This document shows, one piece after another, positions 12,001 through 24,700 of a stretch of 64,000 bases of DNA (its first letter is position 1; each line of letters begins with the position of its first letter). The DNA is from Eledone cirrhosa (lineage: Eukaryota). Position numbers and translations under genes: made by a program. The notes beneath the pieces are model-generated. The model saw only the letters and a list, made by a program, of their open reading frames with translations, did no database searches and had not been told where the DNA came from. The stretch covers positions 105,400,001 to 105,464,000 of the forward strand of contig OZ024744.1 in the NCBI GenBank assembly GCA_964016885.1, written 5' to 3'.

Positions 12001-14846
12001 ACAGTTGTATACCGTCTATGACTAGTCTGTGTCTACGGTTGTATGCCGTCTATGACTAGTCTGTGTGTACGGTTGTATGCCGTCTATGACTAGTCTGTGT
12101 GTACGGTTGTATGCCGTCTATGACTAGTCTGTGTGTACGGTTGTATGCCGTCTATGACTAGTCTGTGTGTACGGTTGTATGCCGTCTATGACTAGTCTGA
12201 GTCTACGGTTGTATGCCGTCTATGACTAGTCTGTGTGTACGGTTCTATGCCGTCTATGACTAGTCTGTGTCTAGGGTTGTATGCCGTCTATGACTAGTCT
12301 GTGTGTACGGTTGTATTCCGTCTATGACTAGTCTGTGTGTACGGTTCTATGCCGTCTATGACTAGTCTGTGTCTAGGGTTGTATGCCGTCTATGACTAGT
12401 CTGTGTGTGCGGTTGTATGCCGTCTATGACTAGTCTGTGTATACGGTTGTATGCCGTCTATGACTAGTCTGTGTCTACGGTTGTATGCCGTCTATGACTA
12501 GTCTGTGTCTACAGTTGTATGCCGTCTATGACTAGTCTGTGTCTACGGTTGTATGCCGTCTATGACTAGTCTGTGTCTACAGTTGTATGCCGTCTCTGAC
12601 TAGTCTGTGTCTACGGTTGTATGCCGTCTATGACTAGTCTGTGTCTACGGTTGTATTCCGTCTATGACTAGTCTGTGTCTACGGTTTATGCCGTCTATGA
12701 CTAGTCTGTGTCTACGGTTGTATGCCATCTATGACTAGTCTGTGTGTACGGTTGTATGCCGTCTATGACTAGTCTGTGTCTACGGTTGTATGCCGTCTAT
12801 GACTAGTCTGTGTGTAATGTTGTATGCCGTCTATGACTAGTCTGTGTCTACGGTTGTATGCCGTCTATGACTAGTCTGTGTCTACGCTTGTATGCCGTCT
12901 ATGACTAGAATGTGTCTACGGCTGTATGCCATCTATGACTAGTCTGTGTGTAATGTTGTATGCCGTCTATGACTAGTCTGTGTCTACGCTTGTATGCCGT
13001 CTATGACTAGTCTGTGTGTACGGTTGTATGCCGTCTATGACTAGTCTGTGTCTACGGTTGTATGCCGTCTATGACTTGTCTGTGTCTACGGTTGTATGCC
13101 CTCTTTGACTAGTCTGTGTCTACGGTTGTATGCCGTCTATGACTAGTCTGTGTCTACTGTTGTATGCAGTCTATGACTAGTCTGTGTCTACGGTTGTATG
13201 CCGTCTATGACTAGTCTGTGTCTACGGTTGTATGCTGTCTATGACTAGTCTGTGTCTACGGTTGTATGCCGTCTATGACTAGTCTGTGTCTACGGTTGTA
13301 TGCCGTCTATGACTAGTCTGTGTCTACGGTTGTATGCCGTCTATGTCTAGTCTGAGTCTACGGTTGTAGGCAGTCTATGACTAGTCTGTGTCTACGGTTG
13401 TATGCCGTCTATGACTAGTCTGTGTCTACGGTTGTATGCCGTCTATGACTAGTGTGTGTCTACAGTTGTATGCCGTCTATGACTAGTCTGTGTCTACAGT
13501 TGTATGCCGTCTATGACTAGTCTGTGTCTACGGTTGTATGCCGTCTATGACTAGTCTGTGTCTACGGTTGTATGCCGTCTATGACTATTCTGTGTCAACG
13601 GTTGTATGCTGTCTATGACTAGTCTGTGTGTACGGTTGTATGCAGTCTATGACTAGTCTGTGTCTACTGTTGTATGCCGTCTGTGACTAGTCTGTGTGTA
13701 CGGTTGTATGCAGTCTATGACGAGTCTGTGTCTACGGTTGTATGCCGTCTATGGCTAGTCTGTGTGTACGGTTGTATGCCGTCTATGACTAGTCTGTGTC
13801 TACAGTTGTATGCCGTCTATGACTAGTCTGTGTCTACAGTTGTATGCCGTCTATGACTAGTCTGTGTCTACGGTTGTATGCCGTCTATGACTAGTCTGTG
13901 TCTACAGTTGTATGCCGTCTATGACTAGTTTGTGTCTACTGTTGTATACCGTCTATGACTAGTCTGTGTCTACGGTTGTATGCAGTCTATGACTAGTCTG
14001 TGTCTACGGTTGTATGCCGTCTATGATTAGTCTGTGTCTACGGTTGTATGCCGTCTATGACTAGTCAGTGTCTACAGTTGTATGCCGTCTATGACTAGTC
14101 TGTGTCTTCGGTTGTATGCCGTCTATGACTAGTCTGTCTACGGTTGTATGCCGTCTATGACTAGTCTGTGTCTACAGTTGTATGCCGTCTATGACTAGTC
14201 TGTGTCTACGGTTGTATGCCGTCTATGACTATTCTGTGTCTATGGTTGAATGCCGTCTATGACTAGTCTGTGTCTACGGTTGTATGCCGTTATGACTAGT
14301 CTGATCCACGGTTGTATGCCGTCTATGACTAGTCTGATCCACTGTTGTATGCCGTCTATGACTAGTCTGTGTCTTCAGTTGTATGCCGTTTATGAGTAGT
14401 CTGTGTGTACGGTTGTATGCCGTCTATGACTAGTCTGTGTCTACGGTTGTATGCCGTCTATGACTAGTCTGTGTCTACGGTTGTATGCCGTCTATGACTA
14501 GTCTGTGTCTACGGTTGTATGCAGTCTATGACTAGTCTGTGTGTTCGGTTGTATGCCGTCTATGACTAGTCTGAATCTATGGTTGTATGCAGTCTATGAC
14601 TAGTCTGTGTCTACAGTTGTATGCCGTTTATGACTAGTCTGTGTGTACGGTTGTATGCCGTCTATGACTAGTTTGTGTCTACAGTTGTATGCCGTCTATG
14701 ACTAGTCTGTGTCTACAGTTGTATACCGTCTATGACTTGTCTATGTCTACAGTTGTATGCCGTCTATCACTAGTCTGTGTCTACGGTTGTATGCCGTCTA
14801 TGACTAGTCTGTGTCTACGGTTGTATGCCGTCTATGACTAGTCTGT
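1..14846. repeat. Higher-order duplication, period 7740 bp (228 monomers): ~1-7140 repeated at ~7741-14846
   Basis: The lines starting at 1 and 7741 are identical and the order of variants is collinear. The offset drops to 7706 after a one-monomer loss near 11521 (TCAC marker at 7061 and 14767). 7740 = 228x34 - 12, matching 12 bp of counted deletions. Confidence 0.93.
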
Positions 14847-15734
14847 GTCTACGGTTGTATGCTGTCTATGACTAGTCTGTGTCTACTGCTGTATGCAGTC
14901 TATGACTAGTCTGTGTCTACGGTTGTATGCAGGCTATGACTAGTCTGTGTCTACGGTTGTATGCCGTCTATGACTAGTCTGTTTGTACGGTTGTATGCCG
15001 TCTATGACTAGTCTTTGTGTACGGTTGTATGCCGTCTATGACTAGTCTGTGTGTACGGTTGAATGCCGTCTATGACTAGTCTGTGTCTACGGTTGTATGC
15101 CGTCTATGACTAGTCTGTGTGTACGGTTGTATGCCGTCTATGACTAGTCTGTGTCTACGGTTGTATGCCGTCTGTGACTAGTCTGATCAACGGTTGTATG
15201 CCGTCTATGACTAGTCTGATCCACGGTTGTATGCCGTCTATGACTAGTCTGTGTCTACGCTTGTATGCAGTCTATGACTAGTCAGTGTCTACGGTTGTAT
15301 GGCGTCTATGACTAGTCTGTGTCTACGGTTGTATGCCATATATGACTAGTCTGTGTCTACAGTTGTATGCCATCTATGACTAGTCTGTGTCAACAGTTGT
15401 ATACTGTCTATGACTAGTCTGTGTCTACGGTTGTATGCCGTCTATGACTAGTCTGTGTTTACGGTTCTATGCCGTCTATGACTAGTCTGTGTGTACGGTT
15501 GTATGCCGTCTATGACTAGTCTGTGTGTACGGTTGTATGCCGTCTATGACTAGTCTGTGTGTACGGTTGTATGCCGTCTATGACTAGTCTGAGTCTACGG
15601 TTGTATGCCGTCTATGACTAGTCTGTGTGTACGGTTCTATGCCGGCTATGACTAGTCTGTGTCTAGGGTTGTATGCCGTCTATGACTAGTCTGTGTGTAC
15701 GGTTGTATGCCGTCTATGACTAGTCTGTGTATAC

Positions 15735-18700
15735 GGTTGTATGCCGTCTATGACTAGTCTGTGTCTACGGTTGTATGCCGTCTATGACTAGTCTGTGTCT
15801 ACAGTTGTATGCCGTCTATGACTAGTCTGTGTCTACGGTTGTATGCCGTCTATGACTAGTCTGTGTCTACAGTTGTATGCCGTCTCTGACTAGTCTGTGT
15901 CTACGGTTGTATGCCGTCTATGACTAGTCTGTGTCTACGGTTGTATTCCGTCTATGACTAGTCTGTGTCTACGGTTTATGCCGTCTATGACTAGTCTGTG
16001 TCTACGGTTGTATGCCATCTATGACTAGTCTGTGTGTACGGTTGTATGCCGTCTATGACTAGTCTGTGTCTACGGTTGTATGCCGTCTATGACTAGTCTG
16101 TGTGTAATGTTGTATGCCGTCTATGACTAGTCTGTGTCTACGGTTGTATGCCGTCTATGACTAGTCTGTGTCTACGCTTGTATGCCGTCTATGACTAGAA
16201 TGTGTCTACGGCTGTATGCCATCTATGACTAGTCTGTGTGTAATGTTGTATGCCGTCTATGACTAGTCTGTGTCTACGCTTGAATGCCGTCTATGACTAG
16301 TCTGTGTGTACGGCTGTATGCCGTCTATGACTAGTCTGTGTCTACGGTTGTATGCCGTCTATGACTTGTCTGTGTCTACGGTTGTATGCCCTCTTTGACT
16401 AGTCTGTGTCTACGGTTGTATGCCGTCTATGACTAGTCTGTGTCTACTGTTGTATGCAGTCTATGACTAGTCTGTGTCTACGGTTGTATGCCGTCTATGA
16501 CTAGTCTGTGTCTACGGTTGTATGCTGTCTATGACTAGTCTGTGTCTACGGTTGTATGCCGTCTATGACTAGTCTGTGTCTACGGTTGTATGCCGTCTAT
16601 GACTAGTCTGTGTCTACGGTTGTATGCCGTCTATGTCTAGTCTGAGTCTACGGTTGTAGGCAGTCTATGACTAGTCTGTGTGTACGGTTGTATGCCGTCT
16701 ATGACTAGTCTGTGTCTACGGTTGTATGCCGTCTATGACTAGTGTGTGTCTACAGTTGTATGCCGTCTATGACTAGTCTGTGTCTACAGTTGTATGCCGT
16801 CTATGACTAGTCTGTGTCTACGGTTGTATGCCGTCTATGACTAGTCTGTGTCTACGGTTGTATGCCGTCTATGACTATTCTGTGTCAACGGTTGTATGCT
16901 GTCTATGACTAGTCTGTGTGTACGGTTGTATGCAGTCTATGACTAGTCTGTGTCTACTGTTGTATGCCGTCTGTGACTAGTCTGTGTGTACGGTTGTATG
17001 CAGTCTATGACTAGTCTGTGTCTACGGTTGTATGCCGTCTATGGCTAGTCTGTGTGTACGGTTGTATGCCGTCTATGACTAGTCTGTGTCTACAGTTGTA
17101 TGCCGTCTATGACTAGTCTGTGTCTACAGTTGTATGCCGTCTATGACTAGTCTGTGTCTACGGTTGTATGCCGTCTATGACTAGTCTGTGTCTACAGTTG
17201 TATGCCGTCTATGACTAGTTTGTGTCTACTGTTGTATACCGTCTATGACTAGTCTGTGTCTACGGTTGTATGCAGTCTATGACTAGTCTGTGTCTACGGT
17301 TGTATGCCGTCTATGATTAGTCTGTGTCTACGGTTGTATGCCGTCTATGACTAGTCAGTGTCTACAGTTGTATGCCGTCTATGACTAGTCTGTGTCTTCG
17401 GTTGTATGCCGTCTATGACTAGTCTGTCTACGGTTGTATGCCGTCTATGACTAGTCTGTGTCTACAGTTGTATGTCGTCTATGACTAGTCTGTGTCTACG
17501 GTTGTATGCCGTCTATGACTATTCTGTGTCTATGGTTGAATGCCGTCTATGACTAGTCTGTGTCTACGGTTGTATGCCGTTATGACTAGTCTGATCCACG
17601 GTTGTATGCTGTCTATGACTAGTCTGATCCACTGTTGTATGCCGTCTATGACTAGTCTGTGTCTTCAGTTGTGTGCCGTTTATGAGTAGTCTGTGTGTAC
17701 GGTTGTATGCCGTCTATGACTAGTCTGTGTCTACGGTTGTATGCCGTCTATGACTAGTCTGTTTCTACGGTTGTATGCCGTCTATGACTAGTCTGTGTCT
17801 ACGGTTGTATGCAGTCTATGACTAGTCTGTGTGTTCGGTTGTATGCCGTCTATGACTAGTCTGAATCTACGGTTGTATGCAGTCTATGACTAGTCTGTGT
17901 CTACAGTTGTATGCCGTTTATGACTAGTCTGTGTGTACGGTTGTATGCCGTCTATGACTAGTTTGTGTCTACAGTTGTATGCCGTCTATGACTAGTCTGT
18001 GTCTACAGTTGTATACCGTCTATGACTTGTCTATGTCTACAGTTGTATGCCGTCTATCACTAGTCTGTGTCTACGGTTGTATGCCGTCTATGACTAGTCT
18101 GTGTCTACGGTTGTATGCCGTCTATGACTAGTCTGTGTCTACGGTTGTATGCTGTCTATGACTAGTCTGTGTCTACTGCTGTATGCAGTCTATGACTAGT
18201 CTGTGTCTACGGTTGTATGCAGGCTATGACTAGTCTGTGTCTACGGTTGTATGCTGTCTATGACTAGTCTGTTTGTACGGTTGTATGCCGTCTATGACTA
18301 GTCTTTGTGTACGGTTGTATGCCGTCTATGACTAGTCTGTGTGTACGGTTGAATGCCGTCTATGACTAGTCTGTGTCTACGGTTGTATGCCGTCTATGAC
18401 TAGTCTGTGTGTACGGTTGTATGCCGTCTATGACTAGTCTGTGTCTACGGTTGTATGCCGTCTATGACTACTCTGTGTCTACAGTTGTATGCCGTCTATG
18501 ACTAGTCTGTGTCTACGGTTGTATGCCGTCTATGACTAGTCTGTGTCTACAGTTGTATGCCGTCTCTGACTAGTCTGTGTCTACGGTTGTATGCCGTCTA
18601 TGACTAGTCTGTGTCTACGGTTGTATTCCGTCTATGACTAGTCTGTGTCTACGGTTTATGCCGTCTATGACTAGTCTGTGTCTACGGTTGTATGCCATCT

Positions 18701-21700
18701 ATGACTAGTCTGTGTGTACGGTTGTATGCCGTCTATGACTAGTCTGTGTCTACGGTTGTATGCCGTCTATGACTAGTCTGTGTGTAATGTTGTATGCCGT
18801 CTATGACTAGTCTGTGTCTACGGTTGTATGCCGTCTATGACTAGTCTGTGTCTACGCTTGTATGCCGTCTATGACTAGAATGTGTCTACGGCTGTATGCC
18901 ATCTATGACTAGTCTGTGTGTAATGTTGTATGCCGTCTATGACTAGTCTGTGTCTACGCTTGTATGCCGTCTATGACTAGTCTGTGTGTACGGTTGTATG
19001 CCGTCTATGACTAGTCTGTGTCTACGGTTGTATGCCGTCTATGACTTGTCTGTGTCTACGGTTGTATGCCCTCTTTGACTAGTCTGTGTCTACGGTTGTA
19101 TGCCGTCTATGACTAGTCTGTGTCTACTGTTGTATGCAGTCTATGACTAGTCTGTGTCTACGGTTGTATGCCGTCTATGACTAGTCTGTGTCTACGGTTG
19201 TATGCTGTCTATGACTAGTCTGTGTCTACGGTTGTATGCCGTCTATGACTAGTCTGTGTCTACGGTTGTATGCCGTCTATGACTAGTCTGTGTCTACGGT
19301 TGTATGCCGTCTATGTCTAGTCTGAGTCTACGGTTGTAGGCAGTCTATGACTAGTCTGTGTCTACGGTTGTATGCCGTCTATGACTAGTCTGTGTCTACG
19401 GTTGTATGCCGTCTATGACTAGTGTGTGTCTACAGTTGTATGCCGTCTATGACTAGTCTGTGTCTACGGTTGTATGCCGTCTATGACTAGTCTGTGTCTA
19501 CAGTTGTATGCCGTCTCTGACTAGTCTGTGTCTACGGTTGTATGCCGTCTATGACTAGTCTGTGTCTACGGTTGTATTCCGTCTATGACTAGTCTGTGTC
19601 TACGGTTTATGCCGTCTATGACTAGTCTGTGTCTACGGTTGTATGCCATCTATGACTAGTCTGTGTGTACGGTTGTATGCCGTCTATGACTAGTCTGTGT
19701 CTACGGTTGTATGCCGTCTATGACTAGTCTGTGTGTAATGTTGTATGCCGTCTATGACTAGTCTGTGTCTACGGTTGTATGCCGTCTATGACTAGTCTGT
19801 GTCTACGCTTGAATGCCGTCTATGACTAGAATGTGTCTACGGCTGTATGCCATCTATGACTAGTCTGTGTGTAATGTTGTATGCCGTCTATGACTAGTCT
19901 GTGTCTACGCTTGTATGCCGTCTATGACTAGTCTGTGTGTACGGTTGTATGCCGTCTATGACTAGTCTGTGTCTACGGTTGTATGCCGTCTATGACTTGT
20001 CTGTGTCTACGGTTGTATGCCCTCTTTGACTAGTCTGTGTCTACGGTTGTATGCCGTCTATGACTAGTCTGTGTCTACTGTTGTATGCAGTCTATGACTA
20101 GTCTGTGTCTACGGTTGTATGCAGTCTATGACTAGTCTGTGTCTACGGTTGTATGCTGTCTATGACTAGTCTGTGTCTACGGTTGTATGCCGTCTATGAC
20201 TAGTCTGTGTCTACGGTTGTATGCCGTCTATGACTAGTCTGTGTCTACGGTTGTATGCCGTCTATGTCTAGTCTGAGTCTACGGTTGTAGGCAGTCTATG
20301 ACTAGTCTGTGTCTACGGTTGTATGCCGTCTATGACTAGTCTGTGTCTACGGTTGTATGCCGTCTATGACTAGTGTGTGTCTACAGTTGTATGCCGTCTA
20401 TGACTAGTCTGTGTCTACAGTTGTATGCCGTCTATGACTAGTCTGTGTCTAGGGTTGTATGCCGTCTATGACTAGTCTGTGTCTACGGTTGTATGCCGTC
20501 TATGACTATTCTGTGTCAACGGTTGTATGCTGTCTATGACTAGTCTGTGTGTACGGTTGTATGCAGTCTATGACTAGTCTGTGTCTACTGTTGTATGCCG
20601 TCTGTGACTAGTCTGTGTGTACGGTTGTATGCAGTCTATGACTAGTCTGTGTCTACGGTTGTATGCCGTCTATGGCTAGTCTGTGTGTACGGTTGTATGC
20701 CGTCTATGACTAGTCTGTGTCTACAGTTGTATGCCGTCTATGACTAGTCTGTGTCTACAGTTGTATGCCGTCTATGACTAGTCTGTGTCTACGGTTGTAT
20801 GCCGTCTATGACTAGTCTGTGTCTACAGTTGTATGCCGTCTATGACTAGTTTGTGTCTACTGTTGTATACCGTCTATGACTAGTCTGTGTCTACGGTTGT
20901 ATGCAGTCTATGACTAGTCTGTGTCTACGGTTGTATGCCGTCTATGATTAGTCTGTGTCTACGGTTGTATGCCGTCTATGACTAGTCAGTGTCTACAGTT
21001 GTATGCCGTCTATGACTAGTCTGTGTCTTCGGTTGTATGCCGTCTATGACTAGTCTGTCTACGGTTGTATGCCGTCTATGACTAGTCTGTGTCTACAGTT
21101 GTATGCCGTCTATGACTAGTCTGTGTCTACGGTTGTATGCCGTCTATGACTATTCTGTGTCTATGGTTGAATGCCGTCTATGACTAGTCTGTGTCTACGG
21201 TTGTATGCCGTTATGACTAGTCTGATCCACGGTTGTATGCCGTCTATGACTAGTCTGATCCACTGTTGTATGCCGTCTATGACTAGTCTGTGTCTTCAGT
21301 TGTATGCCGTTCATGAGTAGTCTGTGTGTACGGTTGTTACCGTCTATGACTAGTCTGTGTCTACGGTTGTATGCCGTCTATGACTAGTCTGTGTCTACGG
21401 TTGTATGCCGTCTATGACTAGTCTGTGTCTACGGTTGTATGCAGTCTATGACTAGTCTGTGTGTTCGGTTGTATGCCGTCTATGACTAGTCTGAATCTAC
21501 GGTTGTATGCAGTCTATGACTAGTCTGTGTCTACAGTTGTATGCCGTTTATGACTAGTCTGTGTGTACGGTTGTATGCCGTCTATGACTAGTTTGTGGCT
21601 ACAGTTGTATGCCGTCTATGACTAGTCTGTGTCTACAGTTGTATACCGTCTATGACTTGTCTATGTCTACAGTTGTATGCCGTCTATCACTAGTCTGTGT

Positions 21701-24700
21701 CTACGGTTGTATGCCGTCTATGACTAGTCTGTGTCTACGGTTGTATGCCGTCTATGACTAGTCTGTGTCTACGGTTGTATGCTGTCTATGACTAGTCTGT
21801 GTCTACTGCTGTATGCAGTCTATGACTAGTCTGTGTCTACGGTTGTATGCAGGCTATGACTAGTCTGTGTCTACGGTTGTATGCCGTCTATGACTAGTCT
21901 GTTTGTACGGTTGTATGCCGTCTATGACTAGTCTTTGTGTACGGTTGTATGCCGTCTATGACTAGTCTGTGTGTACGGTTGAATGCCGTCTATGACTAGT
22001 CTGTGTCTACGGTTGTATGCCGTCTATGACTAGTCTGTGTGTACGGTTGTATGCCGTCTATGACTAGTCTGTGTCTACGGTTGTATGCCGTCTGTGACTA
22101 GTCTGATCCACGGTTGTATGCCGTCTATGACTAGTCTGATCCACGGTTGTATGCCGTCTATGACTAGTCTGTGTCTACGGTTGTATGCAGTCTATGACTA
22201 GTCAGTGTCTACGGTTGTATGGCGTCTATGACTAGTCTGTGTCTACGGTTGTATGCCATATATGACTAGTCTGTGTCTACAGTTGTATGCCATCTATGAC
22301 TAGTCTGTGTCAACAGTTGTATACTGTCTATGACTAGTCTGTGTCTACGGTTGTATGCCGTCTATGACTAGTCTGTGTGTACGGTTCTATGCCGTCTATG
22401 ACTAGTCTGTGTGTACGGTTGTATGCCGTCTATGACTAGTCTGTGTGTACGGTTGTATGCCGTCTATGACTAGTCTGTGTGTACGGTTGTATGCCGTCTA
22501 TGACTAGTCTGAGTCTACGGTTGTATGCCGTCTATGACTAGTCTGTGTGTACGGTTCTATGCCGGCTATGACTAGTCTGTTTCTAGGGTTGTATGCAGTC
22601 TATGACTAGTCTGTGTGTACGGTTGTATGCCGTCTATGACTAGTCTGTGTATACGGTTGTATGCCGTCTATGACTAGTCTGTGTCTACGGCTGTATGCCG
22701 TCTATGACTAGTCTGTGTCTACAGTTGTATGCCGTCTATGACTAGTCTGTGTCTACGGTTGTATGCTGTCTATGACTAGTCTGTGTCTACAGTTGTATGC
22801 CGTCACTGACTAGTCTGTGTCTACGGTTGTATGCCGTCTATGACTAGTCTGTGTCTACGGTTGTATGCCGTCTATGACTAGTCTGTGTCTACGGTTGTAT
22901 GCCGTCTATGACTAGTCTGTGTCTACAGTTGTATGCCGTCTATGACTAGTCTGTGTCTACGGTTGTATGCCGTCTATGACTAGACTGTGTCTACAGATTT
23001 ATGCCGTCTCTGACTAGTCTGTGTCTACAGTTGTATGCCGTCTATGACTAGTCTGTGTCTACGGTTGTATGCTGTCTATGACTAGTCTGTGTCTACTGCT
23101 GTATGCAGTCTATGACTAGTCAGTGTCTACGGTTGTATGCAGGCTATGACTAGTCTGTGTCTACGGTTGTATGCCGTCTATGACTAGTCTGTGTGTACGG
23201 TTGTATGCCGTCTATGACTAGTCTTTGTGTACGGTTGTATGCCGTCTATGACTAGTCTGTGTGTACGGTTGAATGCCGTCTATGACTAGTCTGTGTCTAC
23301 GGTTGTATGCCGTCTATGACTAGTCTGTGTGTACGGTTGTATGCCGTCTATGACTAGTCTGTGTCTACGGTTGTATGCCGTCTATGACTAGTCTGTGTGT
23401 ACGGTTGTATGCCGTCTTTGACTAGTCTGTGTGTAAGGTTGTATGCCGTCTATGACTAGTCTGAGTCTACGGTTGTATGCCGTCTATGACTAGTCTGTGT
23501 GAACGTTCTATGCCATCTATGACTAGTCTGTGTCTAGGGTTGTATGCCGTCTATGACTAGTCTGTGTGTACGGTTGTATGCCGTCTATGACTAGTCTGTG
23601 TATACGGTTGTATGCCGTCTATGACTAGTCTGGGTCTACGGTTGTATGCCGTCTATGACTAGTCTGTGTCTACGGTTGTATGCCGTCTATGACTAGTCTG
23701 TGTCTACGGTTGTATGCCGTCTATGACTAGTCTGTGTCTACAGTTGTATGCCGTCTATGACTAGTCTGTGTCTACGGTTGTATGCCGTCTATGACTAGTC
23801 TGTGTCTACAGATTTATGCCGTCTCTGACTAGTCTGTGGCTACGGTTGTATGCCGTCTATGCCTGGTATGTGTCTACGGTTGTATGCCGTCTATGACTAG
23901 TCTGTGTCTACAGTTGTATGCCGTCTATGACTAGTCTGTGTCTACGGTTGTATCCTGTCTATGACTAGTCTGTGTCTACTGCTGTATGCAGGCTAAGACT
24001 AGTCTGTGTCTACGGTTGTATGCCGTCTATGACTAGTCTGTGTGTACGGTTGTATGCCGTCTATGACTAGTCTTTGTGTACGGTTGTATGCCGTCTATGA
24101 CTAGTCTGTGTGTACGGTTGAATGCCGTCTATGACTAGTCTGTGTCTACGGTTGTATGCCGTCTATGACTAGTCTGTGTGTACGGTTGTATGCCGTCTAT
24201 GACTAGTCTGTGTCTACGGTTGTATGCCGTCTATGACTAGTCTGTGTGTACGGTTGTATGCCGTCTATGACTAGTCTGTGTGTACGGTTGTATGCCGTCT
24301 ATGACTAGTCTGAGTCTACGGTTGTATGCCGTCTATGACTAGTCTGTGTGTACGGTTCTATGCCGTCTATGACTAGTCTGTGTCTAGTGTTGTATGCCGT
24401 CTATGACTAGTCTGTGTGTACGGTTGTATGCAGGCTATGACTAGTCTGTGTATACGATTGTATGCCGTCTATGACTAGTCTGTGTCTACGGTTGTATGCC
24501 GTCTATGACTAGTCTGTGTCTACAGTTGTATGCCGTCTATGACTAGTCTGTGTCTACGGTTTTATGCCGTCTATGATAGTCTGTGTCTACAGTTGTATGC
24601 CTTCTCTGACTAGTCTGTGTCTACGGTTGTATGCCGTCTATGACTAGTCTGTGTCTACGGTTGTATGCCGTCTATGACTAGTCTGTGTCTACGGTTGTAT

